A DNA stretch of 55,728 bases, the filler included, from Sphacelaria rigidula (taxonomy: Eukaryota), in the NCBI GenBank assembly GCA_964200075.2. It is 5 parts of 5 records of this genome, joined end to end, with 100 filler letters (N's around TTAATTAATTAA, not from the genome) between each part and the next. Parts side by side here need not be neighbours in the genome. Positions count along the whole stretch, not along the records: positions 11,168 to 22,233 come from CAXNAA020005446.1; positions 22,334 to 33,399 come from CAXNAA020005447.1; 3 more parts are not named here. One strand, written 5' to 3'. The position numbers were made by a program, and so were the translations under genes. Below, one piece after another: positions 11,889 through 25,400 of the stretch. The notes beneath the pieces were generated by a model that had not been told where the DNA came from, did not search any database, and was given only the letters and a program-made list of their open reading frames with translations. Position 1 is the stretch's first letter. Every line of letters starts with the position of its first letter.

Positions 11889-14800
11889 CCGTGGAAGATG
11901 CAGACAGCGACCCCTGTAACATCGCAGGGTTCCTGTTGTTGTGAGGCGTTTGCGGCGGGGGCGGGTGGAAGATGGTTTGATCGACCCCTGCAGTTGCCTC
12001 AGCGGTGCGCTCGAGATTTCCAGCGTTCAGCAGCTTTCGCACCTCTGCATATTCCATATCTTCCTCATCGCCGTCTTCGTACACCTGCGGGGGATGTTGA
12101 CATGAGCGAACAAAAAAGAAGTTGACTGAAAGTGGAACAGCATGCGCACGAAGAAATATGAAAAGCATAGAATGGCTCCACAATTCCCCCCGTTAGGTAT
12201 TCCAGCCTCTCGGGAGCGATACGCGTTCTCGGAACAGTATCAGAGACTGACAGTACCACGAAACCACTTCTCGGGGGCGGGGGGAGGGGGGGGGGTTGGC
12301 AGTGTTGTTGAGGATGTTTTGGTGAAATGGGAACTGTGGTGATTTCACGATGATCACAAACAGATATTTTTGTCGTCATTGGAATGGGTACAGATGGATC
12401 CGTAGCGCTTAGCCCGGCATGAATTCAAGCCTTTTACGTACGTCCAGGTAAGGCCTTGTCCCCCACACCCTCCTCCGACTCTCGGTGCAGAGTGGAGGGG
12501 CATGACCCCGTGCGTACCTCTAGCAAACACAGCAAATAGCAGAGAGATAGGATTTTATACAATGATGCGGACAGTACAGTGTGGTGTAATGCCGGCCGGT
12601 GGCTGATCCTGCGGAGTAGGCTGGTTACGGTACTGGAGGGCTGCCTAGGGCATACCCTGTGTCGACCGTCTCGCGATAGACATATATTGCGTTACACAAC
12701 GAACACAACAAGCTTTACAAAAGCAAAGGAGCCACCTAACGGCCCGAGGCGTGCCAGCACCGCACTGAGAGAGCCAGAGCCATTTCCTGAAACGCGGCTG
12801 TACCGGATTTCAAAGGAACATGGGTACACGGTGCGCCATGCTTCCGCTTTTGCAACCATGTATGACAAGAAGCACAAAATAACACAAGTAACGACAAGAA
12901 TGAAATAACACGGGGATAATCCAGCTCAATAAGCTATTGTATGATTTGATTTCACTGAATGATTGACTTCACGAGCTGGGCCAGCCAAGACTCCGCCCGA
13001 ACTGTCCACTGGTCATGTGCGGCGCAATTTTCGAATTGCGGGGTGAAACTTTGACACCAGACATGAATCACGTAGACTTACCATCTACTTATAACCACTT
13101 TTTTGCTGATGTTTAACCCTTTTGGGACCGGGCCTCCAGAACGACCAAGTAGGCTGGTCAGGAATGACGTGTCTGGTGTCTGCACAAAACAGTGGCGTGT
13201 TGCTGAAAATCCGCGCATGTAACCGCAGGGTTATGGCGAAGACCGAAAGTTTCACCTGAACTATTTTCAGGTGCAGGGTGTGCATTAGGTGGTGTACACC
13301 TGATGTAGCAAGCAGTATGAGTCGTGGTGAAGAGCTAGCTTCCAACAGGATGCAGCGACCGGCGGGCCGCCCGCCACTTGTGGCTTTGGATTATACTTTT
13401 GTACCCATCACCTTGCCACACGGCCCTTTGTTGTCGGGGTGGGCCGCCATTTGCCCCCTTGTTGCATGCGGCAAATTACCTTCGAAGGGAATCAACGTTG
13501 CAGCGCTCATGCATACAACAGTATAGATACAGTACAGTGTAGTACCCCTCTCCGACTAAAGCAGCAGCTGCCGCTGCATACACCCTTGCACGTTCTGGGC
13601 AGTTTTCGGCTACCGTGATCAACTGCCTACATACAGCTTCTTGATCCCCGTCCACTACGTAGTTGCTCACTGCACCCTGCAAGTCATCGCCAGAGGGATG
13701 AGCAGAACTCATGACAGTATATCCTCTTGTATTTCCACAGCCCACCTGGTTTTAGGGCGTGGTGAAAATGACCACATGGTGGCATGTACACTCCTTCCCG
13801 GGTTTTTCCGGCCCACCCTGTTTTAGCGTTAATAATTACGTTTCAGTGTAGATCTGGGACCCAAAAAACGCTCCGGGAAAACTCGGATACGGTATACCGA
13901 GTGCAAGTTATACCATAAAACCAAGCTGCGACCGCCCTGCACTTGGAAACCTGGAAAGGCTTCTCTGGGCCAGCGATAGGGCCCCACACGATCTTTGCAG
14001 TGGCGTCACATCCGACAACAATCCCCGCGCTGGTCGTTCGGGTCTAGTCGATAAATTTCGCCTCGCTGTGATTGGGTAGGTCGCTCGAAGACTTATTTTC
14101 TATTTTTCCACTGACACAGGGTCAACGCTGTTAGTGGAGGTCCGGTCCCAAAAGGGTTAATCTCATCTCCGGTTCATGGAACTTTTGGGCTGTCCCCAAC
14201 CCCCTCAAATGTGTGAAAAAAAATCGAAGTCGGATTTCAGGTCAAATGTAGTCCGATAGATAGCCTGCCTGGTCAAGGGTCTGTCGAGCGAAAAAATTCG
14301 GACACGGAGGTCCCCCCCACCCCCCCCCCGGAAGGCATTTTTTCGAGAATTGTCATGATTTTTTTGTTGTTTTCGTTGATGTTGTTGAAAGAAATCGATC
14401 AACAAACACTGACAAAAACCGAAAGGTCTAGTGGGCTTTGCGGGGTCTGCATACTTGCCCCTGCTCCCTAATACATTTACATACATACATAACATGTACG
14501 AAGTATAATATGAGGAGCATATATATATATATATACGGTATATAGTATATAGAGAGGTTAGAGAGGTCGAAAGATGGAACCTTGCGATTCTTAGTTCTTT
14601 GTTTCACGGTATTTCGGGCCTCGAGTCTCGCCCGTTGTCGGACTCTATGTTCAATTTCTACTTGGCGTTGCGCGTCGAGTGGGAAAGGCGGATGCCACCC
14701 CCTGAAATCCGAATAGCCACTTGCGGTACCGGATCTTCTGAGGTTAGCCATATGTATTCCCTTGTTTATTATCAACCCCTAGTTTGCTTGTATCGCGTGT

Positions 14801-17800
14801 TGTGAGTTTTAATCCAGGTCTTTTTTGTTTTTTTCTCGTTTTTTTTGCTAGCCCGTGACCACAGAAGGCGTCCGCATCAGATGCCCAGTACGAATGTACC
14901 ACGCAGATATCGGAACGGTTTTTGAATGTGAAGACAACAACAACAGCAACGACAACAAGTCGTATAGACCTATATTATATAAATTACATCATATATGTAC
15001 ATGTATCATTTCACTTTTTCACCACTCTTGCCGAGTTTCCTTAGGCGGCAAGGCATCTTATCACGCAATTTCTCTTGCAGTGCACGAAGAAGGTGCAGCG
15101 GTACATTACCTTTCAGCTTTGGGTATCATCTGATACCTGTGGCGCGTGTTCTGGCCATCGAAAGTCGCCCACACTGGCTCTTTTTTGCGGGGTGTCGATC
15201 CCGAACCACGAAAGCCTCATCATGGAAAACTTCGAACAGGAACCCGAACCACAAAAGCCTGTCCATGGCGGGGTATTTCTTTGCGTTCTCGTTGATTCGG
15301 GAGTACGAAGACAGCGGTTGTGTAGCGAATGTCACGAGAATATGAAAGCAAAGCAGTTGAAAACAATTGAGCAATGCCTCCCCTTGGCCTTAGTCACCAG
15401 CAAAAACAAGACCGTGCAATGAGCCGTTGGCCAGTTGAACAAGGCACGCACGTGGGCAAACGTCCTCACTGTGGGTCAGCTGTGCTCGACAAGCGCAGGG
15501 GGGTGACGAAATCCCTGTGGTCATGCAACCCGTAGCAGAGAGTTCCCTTAAAGGATGCACCTGTGTGAAGTACCGGCGCAAGAATGTCCTTGTGACAAGA
15601 ATGCATTCATGCACAAGTACTTCACCGAGGGGGCTTGAAGAAATGTACGTAAACAACGGTTGGTGTTGTGGAGATGCCACCAACCCTAACGCTAACCCTA
15701 GCACTAACATCGATCAAGGCATACCGAGAACTCTCGGGCAAGGGGGGTGCAGTTTCGTAGCTTAAGCGTGGGTCACGAGAGCTCAAATCGACGCCTTTGA
15801 GCCGATTTTGGACCAAAACACGTTCTGGACGACCTGGTTTTATTGCTCACCACTGCTCACCTGCCCCAAATCATGATTTTTCTCGGAACTTTCTTTAGTC
15901 TGAAACCAAGTCAAATCGAGTACCAATCGTTGTTCATGTACATTTCTTTAGGTCGACCAGTGTCGCGCTACAGGCGAATGCATGTATGCATGCGCAGATG
16001 CACAAACTTAGACATGTTGAGCGACTGGACGGCCGACGCAGTAGCAAACTGGCACTGGTCTGTACTGCGGTCCTTTCTGGATCATGGCCATCTGTAGTGC
16101 ACCGATCGGCATGACTGTTGAGCTGAGCACTTCATGGCGCACGGCCCTAAGCGCGCTGCAGCCGCTGCGAGGCGCTGAAACATCGCTCATAGGCTGTGCA
16201 AACCACAGTCAACAGTTCCAAGTCGCTATATCTGGCGCTGTGAGCTGCAGCAGTGCGCACTAGAGGGCAAAACGGTAAGACTTTGTTTCGATTATTTTTT
16301 TGCTTTAGGCGCAACACTGACTTCACAGTATCATCTCTGTGCCGGTGCTTCGCAGGTTAATAACTGTGAGTTAGCCCGCTGCTTCGGTAAGGGCCTCGCG
16401 GAGGGATATTTCGGAATTGACCGCTTTTCCTTCTCAACCGTATCCTCTACTCTCAATCTCACTAAAACATCGTTCTACGTAATTGAAGGCTCCCTCATCA
16501 GTTGTGTTTGTCCACGTCTGTTTATTTCTCGCGGAGGGCAATATATGCTTGCTCGATCGAAGCGGACAAAGCCATGAGTCGCGCGCTTTTTCTCCGTTCA
16601 TTCAACCCATGTGTATCATGTACATGTATCATTTCACATGTTCACCACTTTTGCCGAGTTTTCTCTGCCAGCAAGGCATTTTCCCCCACGATTTCTTTTG
16701 CAGCGCACTGAGAAGGCATACGAACTATATTTTACACTTTCGACTTGCGTCACCCCCGGGAGGCTCGTACCAACCTCCCGAAGGGGAACCTTGTACTATA
16801 TATAATATGTAATATAATATTACACAATATAACACCTAATATATAATATACAATACAAAAGGTTCCCCTTCGGGAGGTTGGTACGGGCCTCCCGGGGGTG
16901 ACGCAAGTCGAAAGTATAAAATATAGTTCGTATGCCTTCTCACTGCGCTGCAAAAGAAAGCATGGGAAAAAATGCCTTGTTGGCAGAGAGAACTCGGCAA
17001 AAGTGGTGAAAAATGCGAAATGATACATGTACACAATATACATGTGTTGAGTAAACAGAAAAAGCGCGCAAGTCATCGCTTCGTCCGCGACGATCGAGCA
17101 GGTATTTATTGCCCTCCGCGAAAAATAAAGAGACGTGGACGAACAAACACAACTGATGAGGGAGCCTCCAATTACATAGAACAATGTTTTCGTGAGATTG
17201 AGAGTAGAGGATACGATTGAGAGCGAGAAGCGGTCAATGAATGAATAAATCGTTTCAGTTCCGAAATACCCCTCCGCGAGGCCCGATATGCTTTTTGTGG
17301 TAGCATGCCACTGACGCCCTTGATATCCTTGAGTAGGATATCGATGTGTAACTATAAGCACAAGCCAGTGATGGAGGCAAACAAAAGCACGCACGGAATA
17401 AAAAAACGGGCAAATTAGATCGAATGACCAAAGCCACTCTCAATCAGCGCTCTACTCTCAATCTCACGTTGTTACAGGTCACGTACGACTTTGAATGCAC
17501 ATCTTTGGCCACAATTCACCCATCATATCATATACCCGCATTTTCGAATGTGATGATTGGTACTCGATTTTACTTCATTTCAGACCGAAGAAATTTCTGA
17601 GAAAATCCATGATTTGGGGCAGGTGAGCAGTGATGAGCAGTAGTCCCAGGTCGTCCAGAACGTGTTTTGGTCCAAAATCGGCTCAAAGGTGTCGATTTGA
17701 GCTCTCGCAACCCACGCTTTACTCAGGGCCTTCGTTATCGTCAAATGACAAAAATGGGAGAAGGTCTGAATTTCGGGCAATAGCCTAGGGCTCGTTAATA

Positions 17801-20800
17801 TCTAAATTTACTGTTGCTGTTAGATATCTCATTACAGATGGTGCTGATCTCGTCGTTTGATTGCCTTCGCCGGCAAAATAAAGGACAGGGCTATGCTACC
17901 TGCCGTGTATGACGTTCATAACTGTGGCGAAGATATTTCTCACAACCTCTCTGTGACACGGGGGAGCAGTCGGACAGGCTAGGGCGTGATCGACTGGCTC
18001 TCTCGGGATGCTGAAGGAGCACACATGAGTAAAAATACCGACTGTAGAAAGCCCCGTGCATAGATTGCAGCATGCTTACTCTCTGTGAGTTGTATGCGCA
18101 GATACACCATAAAACCACCAGCTATACACTTTTCAGACGGTGCAGTGGCGTACACTTGAAGCAGCACTGCAGGCAAGTAGGTAGTTACTGGATTGTTTCT
18201 ACTCTTCACTTAGGAAGTGCGTTTGTTTGCAAACGACGACCGCCGTGCTTGACCCCAACAGCTCCAACACCGCTGCCGGGGCACACACGGTCTAAGAAAA
18301 TAGACACCGCCAGCCCGCTGTGCTTTTTACTTTACGGCATAGCCCAGGGTGTCACTAGCAAGGTTCCTGATGATTCTCGCATGCTTGCGAGCGCCACGGC
18401 GTCCGCCAAGGGCAGCTCTGCGGAGTATATTGCGCTGTGGAAAAATCTAGCCGCTTCATTTTCGGAGAAGGCCAAGCGCCAGGTGCGAAAACGCCTAAAA
18501 TCTTGGCGATCTCCTAAAAAGCTGTGTCGATCATAATGTATTTTTGACAGACCCTTGGCCTGGTGTCAAAGTTTCACCGCGATGTGCGAAAAAACTTGCG
18601 CTGCGCATGGATATTTTCGCGTGAGCAGCGCTTGAAGGCTACTTGAACGGAGGAAAGCTACCACCGATGATGCCACGTGGCTTTGTGTAAGGTAGCCTCA
18701 ACAGCCATTTGTTCTTCCCTTTATCGTGGACGAGAGGGACAGAGGTCCTTCACGAGCACTGATCGCTCGGGGAGCTCGACGCCATGTCCCAGAGGGCACG
18801 CAGCGCGCGGGTGATGAAAGCAAAAGAGTCGCAGCAGAATCACGAGCACAGACATGAAAGTTCCACCAAAGTCTTGAAAACTAGTTCCGCCGCATTTTTT
18901 TCCCAGTTTCGCCCCACACTCGACCCAATACACTATGGACACACGACCCCTTTACAATATTTTTGTCACAATGCGCTCAAGTGCATTGCGAGCTGCCCGG
19001 ACATGCGCATGGTATTTCCCGATCACAGGGATGTCTTGATATCTCGATGCTGTTCTCGAGATATGCTCGGCGGAAGAAACATCAACTTCTACGCGGCCCA
19101 GCAGCTCGTAGAACGTCGCATATTAAGTGATCGCCCATGGTTCCAGCCGTGGTCCCAAGACAGACGTATGCAAGGAAAACAAAACGGGAACACACTTGCC
19201 GAAGAAAACTCGAGAGAGGGAGTAAGACAAAGAACGATAGAGCGGAGTGAGCTGAAGAGTAATGAGAGACAAAACAAGAACAAAAAATTAAAGGAAAAGG
19301 AAAAATAGAAGAGTAAAAACAAACAGGACAGCAATCCCCACGAAAATAGTAATAATGATTGAGACAACAACACTGTATAGTCCACATTCTGCCACTATAT
19401 GACTTCTGCTCTCTCTTGCTTCACCACAGAAGCAGTTCTGTCCATCTACTTCCTCCTCCACACGACGACTGGTATATCTCTTCTTTGCGCGGGGGGGGGC
19501 TATGGCGGCATTACTCATACGGTGTGTACTTTTGGACACCCTGAGAACCACGCGCCATTGAAAGGCAGCATAGTACCGCATTTGGGTGGGAAATAAGAAA
19601 AGAATCGCAGAGTGACACTAAAAGTACTGAAATCCCCTCAGGACGAACAGCTAACCCGATGCCATACTCCCGACGGGGCAGAGCGTTCAATGCAACAGTT
19701 ATTTATGCTCGTGAAAGGGGCCCGATTTTGGGCACGATGTATCGGGGAAATGGACCGACCAACCACATAGTCACTTGAATGCAGAAGAAATGAAACCTAA
19801 ACGAGCCCATCAGTGTCAATCACAAGTACACGCGTCACTCGTAATGACGACGACGCTCATCCATAATGGACTGCAGTAACGGTACATTTTCACACCTTGG
19901 ACAATACATGGTCAAGAGATGCAATAGACGAGAAGTGTACTGCACGAAGTATAGGCCTATTGCAACTATTGCCGGCCGACAATAGTCGCAATAGGCCTAT
20001 ACTTTGTGCAGTACATTTCTTGTCTAATGCAACTATTGACCATATATTGTCCTAGGTGTGTACATTTTACAGCAAACCTGTGACTGACGTTGCTGTACAC
20101 CTGTACACAAGTATACAACAACAGGAGGACAGAAGCTGCTGCTCGTGCTGTTGTTGTGCTCCTCTTGTTGCAGTATGTCCTTGTGCCCATCTTTCAATGC
20201 ATTGTTCCCGGCAACGAAGCAGGGGATTGGACTGCGGTTTGCTGCGTGCGCTTCTCACACACCAGAAATAGTCAGTGTGCCGGCGGGTTTCCGTAACGCG
20301 TGCCGCCGAGGCCGCAGCATTTTGCAAACCGCTTTCCGGATCTGCTGTGGCGAATTGGGCAACTCCGCCGCTACAATGACTAGGTGTAGTGTGTGTACGT
20401 GAAGTGCCACAGGCCGGTTTGGGTTCTGGTCTCGAGAAGAAGAGGTCGAAAAAAATACATATGTCGCAAACTAAACCTGGGTAACTTGGGATGGAGCGTG
20501 TATTCTGTTCGGCACAGGTTCGGCACAGGTCCGACTAGTCTATCACGTCTTTATTATTCCTCATTATTACTCCGCGTTTCTTTTTATTACGCACGGATTT
20601 CTGGTCGCTAGGGCCTTCATTCACGGGCATAACAGTGTCGATTCAATAGGCACGAGCAAGCTTACCGGCTGCTTCCTCTACTCTGGTTGTGACCGGGAAG
20701 ATTGTCAGTCACGCACACCTACGGAGACGACGCTCACATGCCAACTGTATCCTGGTCATTCCTCACATGACAGTCATGCTATTTCAATAGATGACGCGTC

Positions 20801-21641
20801 CTTGCGGACAGACCGTTGACATGTGTGTTCAACTCTGAAAGTTCAATACTGCACTGACGTGATGGAAACATTATTATTGATGATGGTGATGGTAATGATG
20901 GCAATGAAAATGATCGTGATAATCATGGTGAAGATAAAGATGATGATAAGGATAAGGGCTAGGATTATGATATTAATAGTGATAATGATAACGACGATGA
21001 CGGTAGTAATAATGATACTGATGATGATGATGGTGATATTGATAACGATAATGATAGTGATAATACCAATGATAAGGATAATGACATTGATGACGATAAC
21101 GATAATGACAATGAAAATGATACCGACAATGACGAGAATGATAAATATACGAAAATGATAATGATAGTGATAATGATAAAATATACGATAATGATAATGA
21201 TAATGATAATGATAATACCAATGATAATGATAATGATAGTGACAGTGATAATACTAATGATCGTGATAGTGATAATGATAATGATAATGATAATGATAAC
21301 GATAGTAACAATGATAAGGATAACGATAAGAAAAGGATAAGAATTATACTAGTGCAAACAAAAATAAAAAATGAAAAATACTCCGTATATAATAATAACC
21401 GAATATTATCCAAATCAGTACAACAACAACTACAACAAAAATAACAACAGTATTATCAATGACGATTATGCGGTCTCTCGTGAACGCAGTCTCCAAACAC
21501 AGACCTTTCCCCTAAAGTTTCACAGCGATTGCCTCTCACCACATGGTACACAGGCGCCGCCCCGGACACCAAGACATGCGAGAAGGTCACCTTGCCTCGG
21601 TACACTTCGTCACCGAACAGCTTCCACACGCATCTCCCAAC
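11889..21641 (-). CDS. Partial gene: Tudor-like (PTM/DIR17-type) domain protein, exons 21641-21540 and 12084-11889
   Basis: cag|VGRCVWKLFGDEVYRGKVTFSHVLVSGAAPVYHV|gtgaga joins in phase 0 to cag|VYEDGDEEDMEYAEVRKLL...|gtacgt. The join rebuilds the typical VGRxVxKxF...YxGxV...YHVxYEDGDxED Tudor-like motif. Confidence 0.75.
13117..14156. mobile_element. Non-autonomous piggyBac-type element, 1040 bp
   Basis: TTAA on both sides (13113-13116, 14157-14160). Perfect 15-bp TIRs CCCTTTTGGGACCGG / CCGGTCCCAAAAGGG. No transposase. Homologous copy at 31627-33164. Confidence 0.85.
15633..15955. mobile_element. MITE with GAAATGTACGTAAA TIR and an internal telomere-like tract
   Basis: TIR gaaatgtacgtaaacaa / ttgttcatgtacatttc; internal aaccctaacgctaaccct. 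Homologous to 27822-28142 and, partially, 17555-17720. Confidence 0.7.
16391..17284. mobile_element. Large foldback / inverted-repeat element (arms about 400 bp, AT-rich spacer)
   Basis: gggcctcgcggaggg... / ...cccctccgcgaggccc termini. Arms are reverse-complementary throughout (e.g. cgacttgcgtcacccc / ggggtgacgcaagtcg). Partial arm copy at about 14985-15115. Confidence 0.8.
20870..21345. repeat. Degenerate (ATG/ATA)n trinucleotide microsatellite
   Basis: About 470 bp of gataatgataat-type repeats; produces spurious M/I-rich and SL-rich ORFs. Confidence 0.9.
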
Positions 21642-22233
21642 CTGACGGGCGCAGACAAGGACACGCATTCCACACATCAGTAGTCATGCTCTATTCAAAT
21701 TTCTGCAAAAACAGGGGAGCCCGTGTCCAGATTCCTCACGAATTGACTGGCTGCTGCACACAACTCACCCCCCAGGGATCTAGCCATGGTCACACGACAA
21801 ACTTACCCTAGATAAACACAAGGAGTCGTAACGCGAAAACCTCCAACTCGGGAAAACAGCGCGCGCGGGGGGGGGGGGGGGGGACTGGGCATATATGTGC
21901 GTTATTTTCTACCATATCGCAATTTTGTTGGTATTATCAAGAAGACAAAAAAGGTCTCTGCGCTCCCTGGGCCGTGATAGACCCGTATTCGGCTCGGAAG
22001 CAAGAGTGAAAACTCAGGGTTCTTCTCTAAATGGTGTGAGATTCCTGGGCGCTGCCTGGACTTGCGAGTACAAATTCGTACTTGCTTTAAAAACAGCTGC
22101 GAAATCCGTGCTTGGTCTCCCGTTAACAACCGCGAGGAATTCACATTCGCCCAAAATATTGGGGAGGGGGGGCGTACTCATTTGTTGCTTGCCTTAGTCA
22201 TTTGACCATTGACCACGCATCCCTTTCGAGACG

Positions 22234-22333
22234 NNNNNNNNNNNNNNNNNNNNNNNNNNNNNNNNNNNNNNNNNNNNTTAATTAATTAANNNNNNNNNNN
22301 NNNNNNNNNNNNNNNNNNNNNNNNNNNNNNNNN
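22234..22333. other. Artificial contig linker
   Basis: Same N44-TTAATTAATTAA-N44 spacer. Confidence 0.97.
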
Positions 22334-22466
22334 TCTATTAGGAGTAGGAACGTTGCTCCGTCTCGAAAGGGATGCATGGTCAATGGTCAAATGACCAAGG
22401 CAAGCAACAAATGAGTACGCCCCCCCCGCGCTACAAGAACACTCGTTGTCCAATTCAGCCTCCTAC

Positions 22467-25400
22467 CTCGAACTCTGCCGATTCTCCTCCGCAAGGGGTA
22501 GCCGAGGCACAAGAGTCAGCCTGGGAGCACATCAAGCCATCTTCCACAGCTTCGCCTAACCCGGCATCGTCGTAGCTTAGGTACACGTCGACGCTGACCT
22601 TTCGGGCTTCCCCTGTTCCTGCCCCAAACGATACGGTCACCTTCAGGATAACACCCCCCCCCCGACCCCGCGAGGTACGGTGGAAGTTTACCGCAGGTGA
22701 TGGTGGAAATGATGAAGGGATGGGATGGGAAAAGAGGTGACCATAGAAAGCGATAGACGAATTCATGGGAAGACATGAACAGGGAGGAAGACAGAGAAAC
22801 AGGCAAGACCGACAGACGGACGGAGGCAGGTCAGCAGGTGGAGAAAGATATAGTAACAGGGACATAAAGGGGCACAGATAGAGATAAGCATAGATAAGAA
22901 TGGGAGGTTAAGAGGGAGACAGAACGGTGGAGAAGCGAAGGTTTACTGTGGCAGCCCTTCTGGAACGAGAGGACATTCTTCTACAGTAATTGTTACAATT
23001 ATTTTTCTTTCGTCGGGCTGAATCGTTGCGGTCGACTGCGATGTGAGCAGCGCAAAGGCATCAACAAGCGGTCGAGGTGTAACGGCTGGGCATGAAAACC
23101 GCCAACACAAGCTGCCGGGAATAGATGAACAAGACAATCGCCATACGTCACATCGATGGCGTCGTCATCTTTTGTCAGCTCTCTTCCCCTTTTGATCATA
23201 TTTTCAAAGCAGGATGAAACTGGAAAACGTGGTACAAGCATCCGAGACGCTAAATCTCTCGCACGTTTTTTTGCCCACTGCTGCTTCAGTATGATTGCCA
23301 CAAGATGGGAGCCAAACTGCGTTGCACGCACCCCCTCAACAATCCGAGACATGCGAAAAACGGGCAAAGTTCAGTCACATTCATCCGTCTCAGAGACTCA
23401 AATTTGCAGTTTTCACGCTGCTGCTGTCAGAATATGAGCCTCGCGGAGCAGTCAGTGTATCGGTGAACCGCGCGAGAATTTCACCAAGTACCGTGAAGGC
23501 AGAGGATAACGTTATAAGTGTATAATCTTACACAATGCCAGCTATTAGCGTGGTATGCAGTAGCCAACGTATCAATCACCAGATGCCCAGTACCTCGGAG
23601 GCGGAGTCAAAGTTCCCAGACCCCAACAATATCTAACTCGGAAGCAATTATGATAACTACGGCGCACCTCATACGTGAGAAAACCCTCATCATCCCAGGA
23701 GAAGTCCGCACATAAGCTGTACGTGCACGCTCCCATGTTCTGGTAATGTACCAGCGCAAATGCCATGAAACGGCACATTCGTTCGACGACCGTGGGGATT
23801 GAAGGGGCAGGGCGCGAGGGGGGGCGGTCAGTTCATTTAATTTCAAGAAGGAATATATTATTGTATGAGAGATGTCAAGATATTTCAGCAGTTTGTAGAC
23901 CCGCTGATGTCATTCCAAGCGGCGTCACATGTTACTTGGTGTATCCAGCACTCGGCAATCGTGTCGACATCTGTTTCAATGTGTACTTCGTATCGAGTAC
24001 GCAGCACTTTTCATTCAAAAGGGGCGCCGTGGTTCCGTTGTGTTGAGCAGAGTGACCGTCAATATAACATTTCATTGCAAAAATATAACGCACTATAAAT
24101 AGGGCATTTATATTATCATAGACTCATACCCACAGCAACCCGAACGCCTTACCTATTGGTCTTTTTCCACTTGTCAGCAAGCAGGTATTACCGATCGTGC
24201 TCGATTTTATAGGCATCGATTGCACCGTCGTACACTGCACGAGGAGACCAACCATTGGTCGCCTCATCTGTCGCAAACCTACCTCATATGACCCAGCTCA
24301 GTATTTTGAAAATATTCTTGGGCCCAAAAACGTATCGCTCGCGGTGTTTATGAAGGGGAGAGGAGGAGGTGAACCGGTACCCGGGTACAGTACAGTACAG
24401 TACAGTACGGTAGTCAGCATGAGGCGCCAATCGATTTATTCAACTGATAGATTGTCGCACTTTAACCGTTTTGGTACTAGCAATGGAAATGTGCTGATTT
24501 CGGGGTGCTGTTTTTTACCACAATAAGGTCGATTGTTCCCAGCTTCCAAGGACCACTATTTTGCTCAACGCATGTTTTTCAGACCCGCGACCGCTTCCAA
24601 CTGGCGGTGAATCGCATAAATACTGTATCACACCTCAATCCTTCCACGCGTGGTGAGGGGATTTCTGTGTGCTCGGTCATACTACCTTGTTTCTGTGATG
24701 TGGCTTGGCACGCTTGCCAAGTGTTAGGCGGGTACGATCTCCGGACTGCAGCACAAAAATACTCTGGCGGGGTGCGTTAGCTGCGTAAATGTGTACCGCA
24801 GTGCCACACGGGACTAAATATATAGAAAATAGAAAGGTGGTGCCGATTTTCGTTGTATGAAGTTCAGAGGCCGCGGTGCTGGTTTTTTCTGTGAGCACAA
24901 AGTCGAAGATACTTGACCCGTTGCGTCCCCTCATTCGATAAAGCTAATCCGACCGCACCGAGGCCACAATTTTGGTTGGAGCATGACGTATGTCGTATGT
25001 CGGTGGATTCTTCTGCGGCCTTCCGCCGTAAAAATGGTTGTTGTCGGTTTTTTCTTTTCCCACCACTTCTTCTTTGTCAGCGCTTGAAATCATGAGGCGT
25101 CTAGACCGGGGACGGGAGGGGAGGGTTCCCAAAGGGTTGACTGACTCCCCAGGGGTCCAGCCGTGGTTGCATGATAGACGTACCCAAGAAAAGCAAAACT
25201 GACACATTCGCTGAAGAAGAGAAGGGATGGAAACAGGTCGAACAGAACGACAAAGTAGACTAAGACGTAATATTTATGTAATAAAAAGAAGAAGTCAACG
25301 AGAGCAAACCATAGAAAGAGATAGCCGACCTACAACAAAAATAGGAAAAGAGGAGGAAAGAAGAGAGCAAAAAATGGGATAAAATAAGTAAAACAAAAGG

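Noticed and set aside
16483-17394. Paired similar ORFs on opposite strands
   Set aside because: A consequence of the inverted-repeat element; no coding signature.
20823-21413. M/I-rich and SL/YH-rich ORFs
   Set aside because: Translations of a trinucleotide microsatellite.
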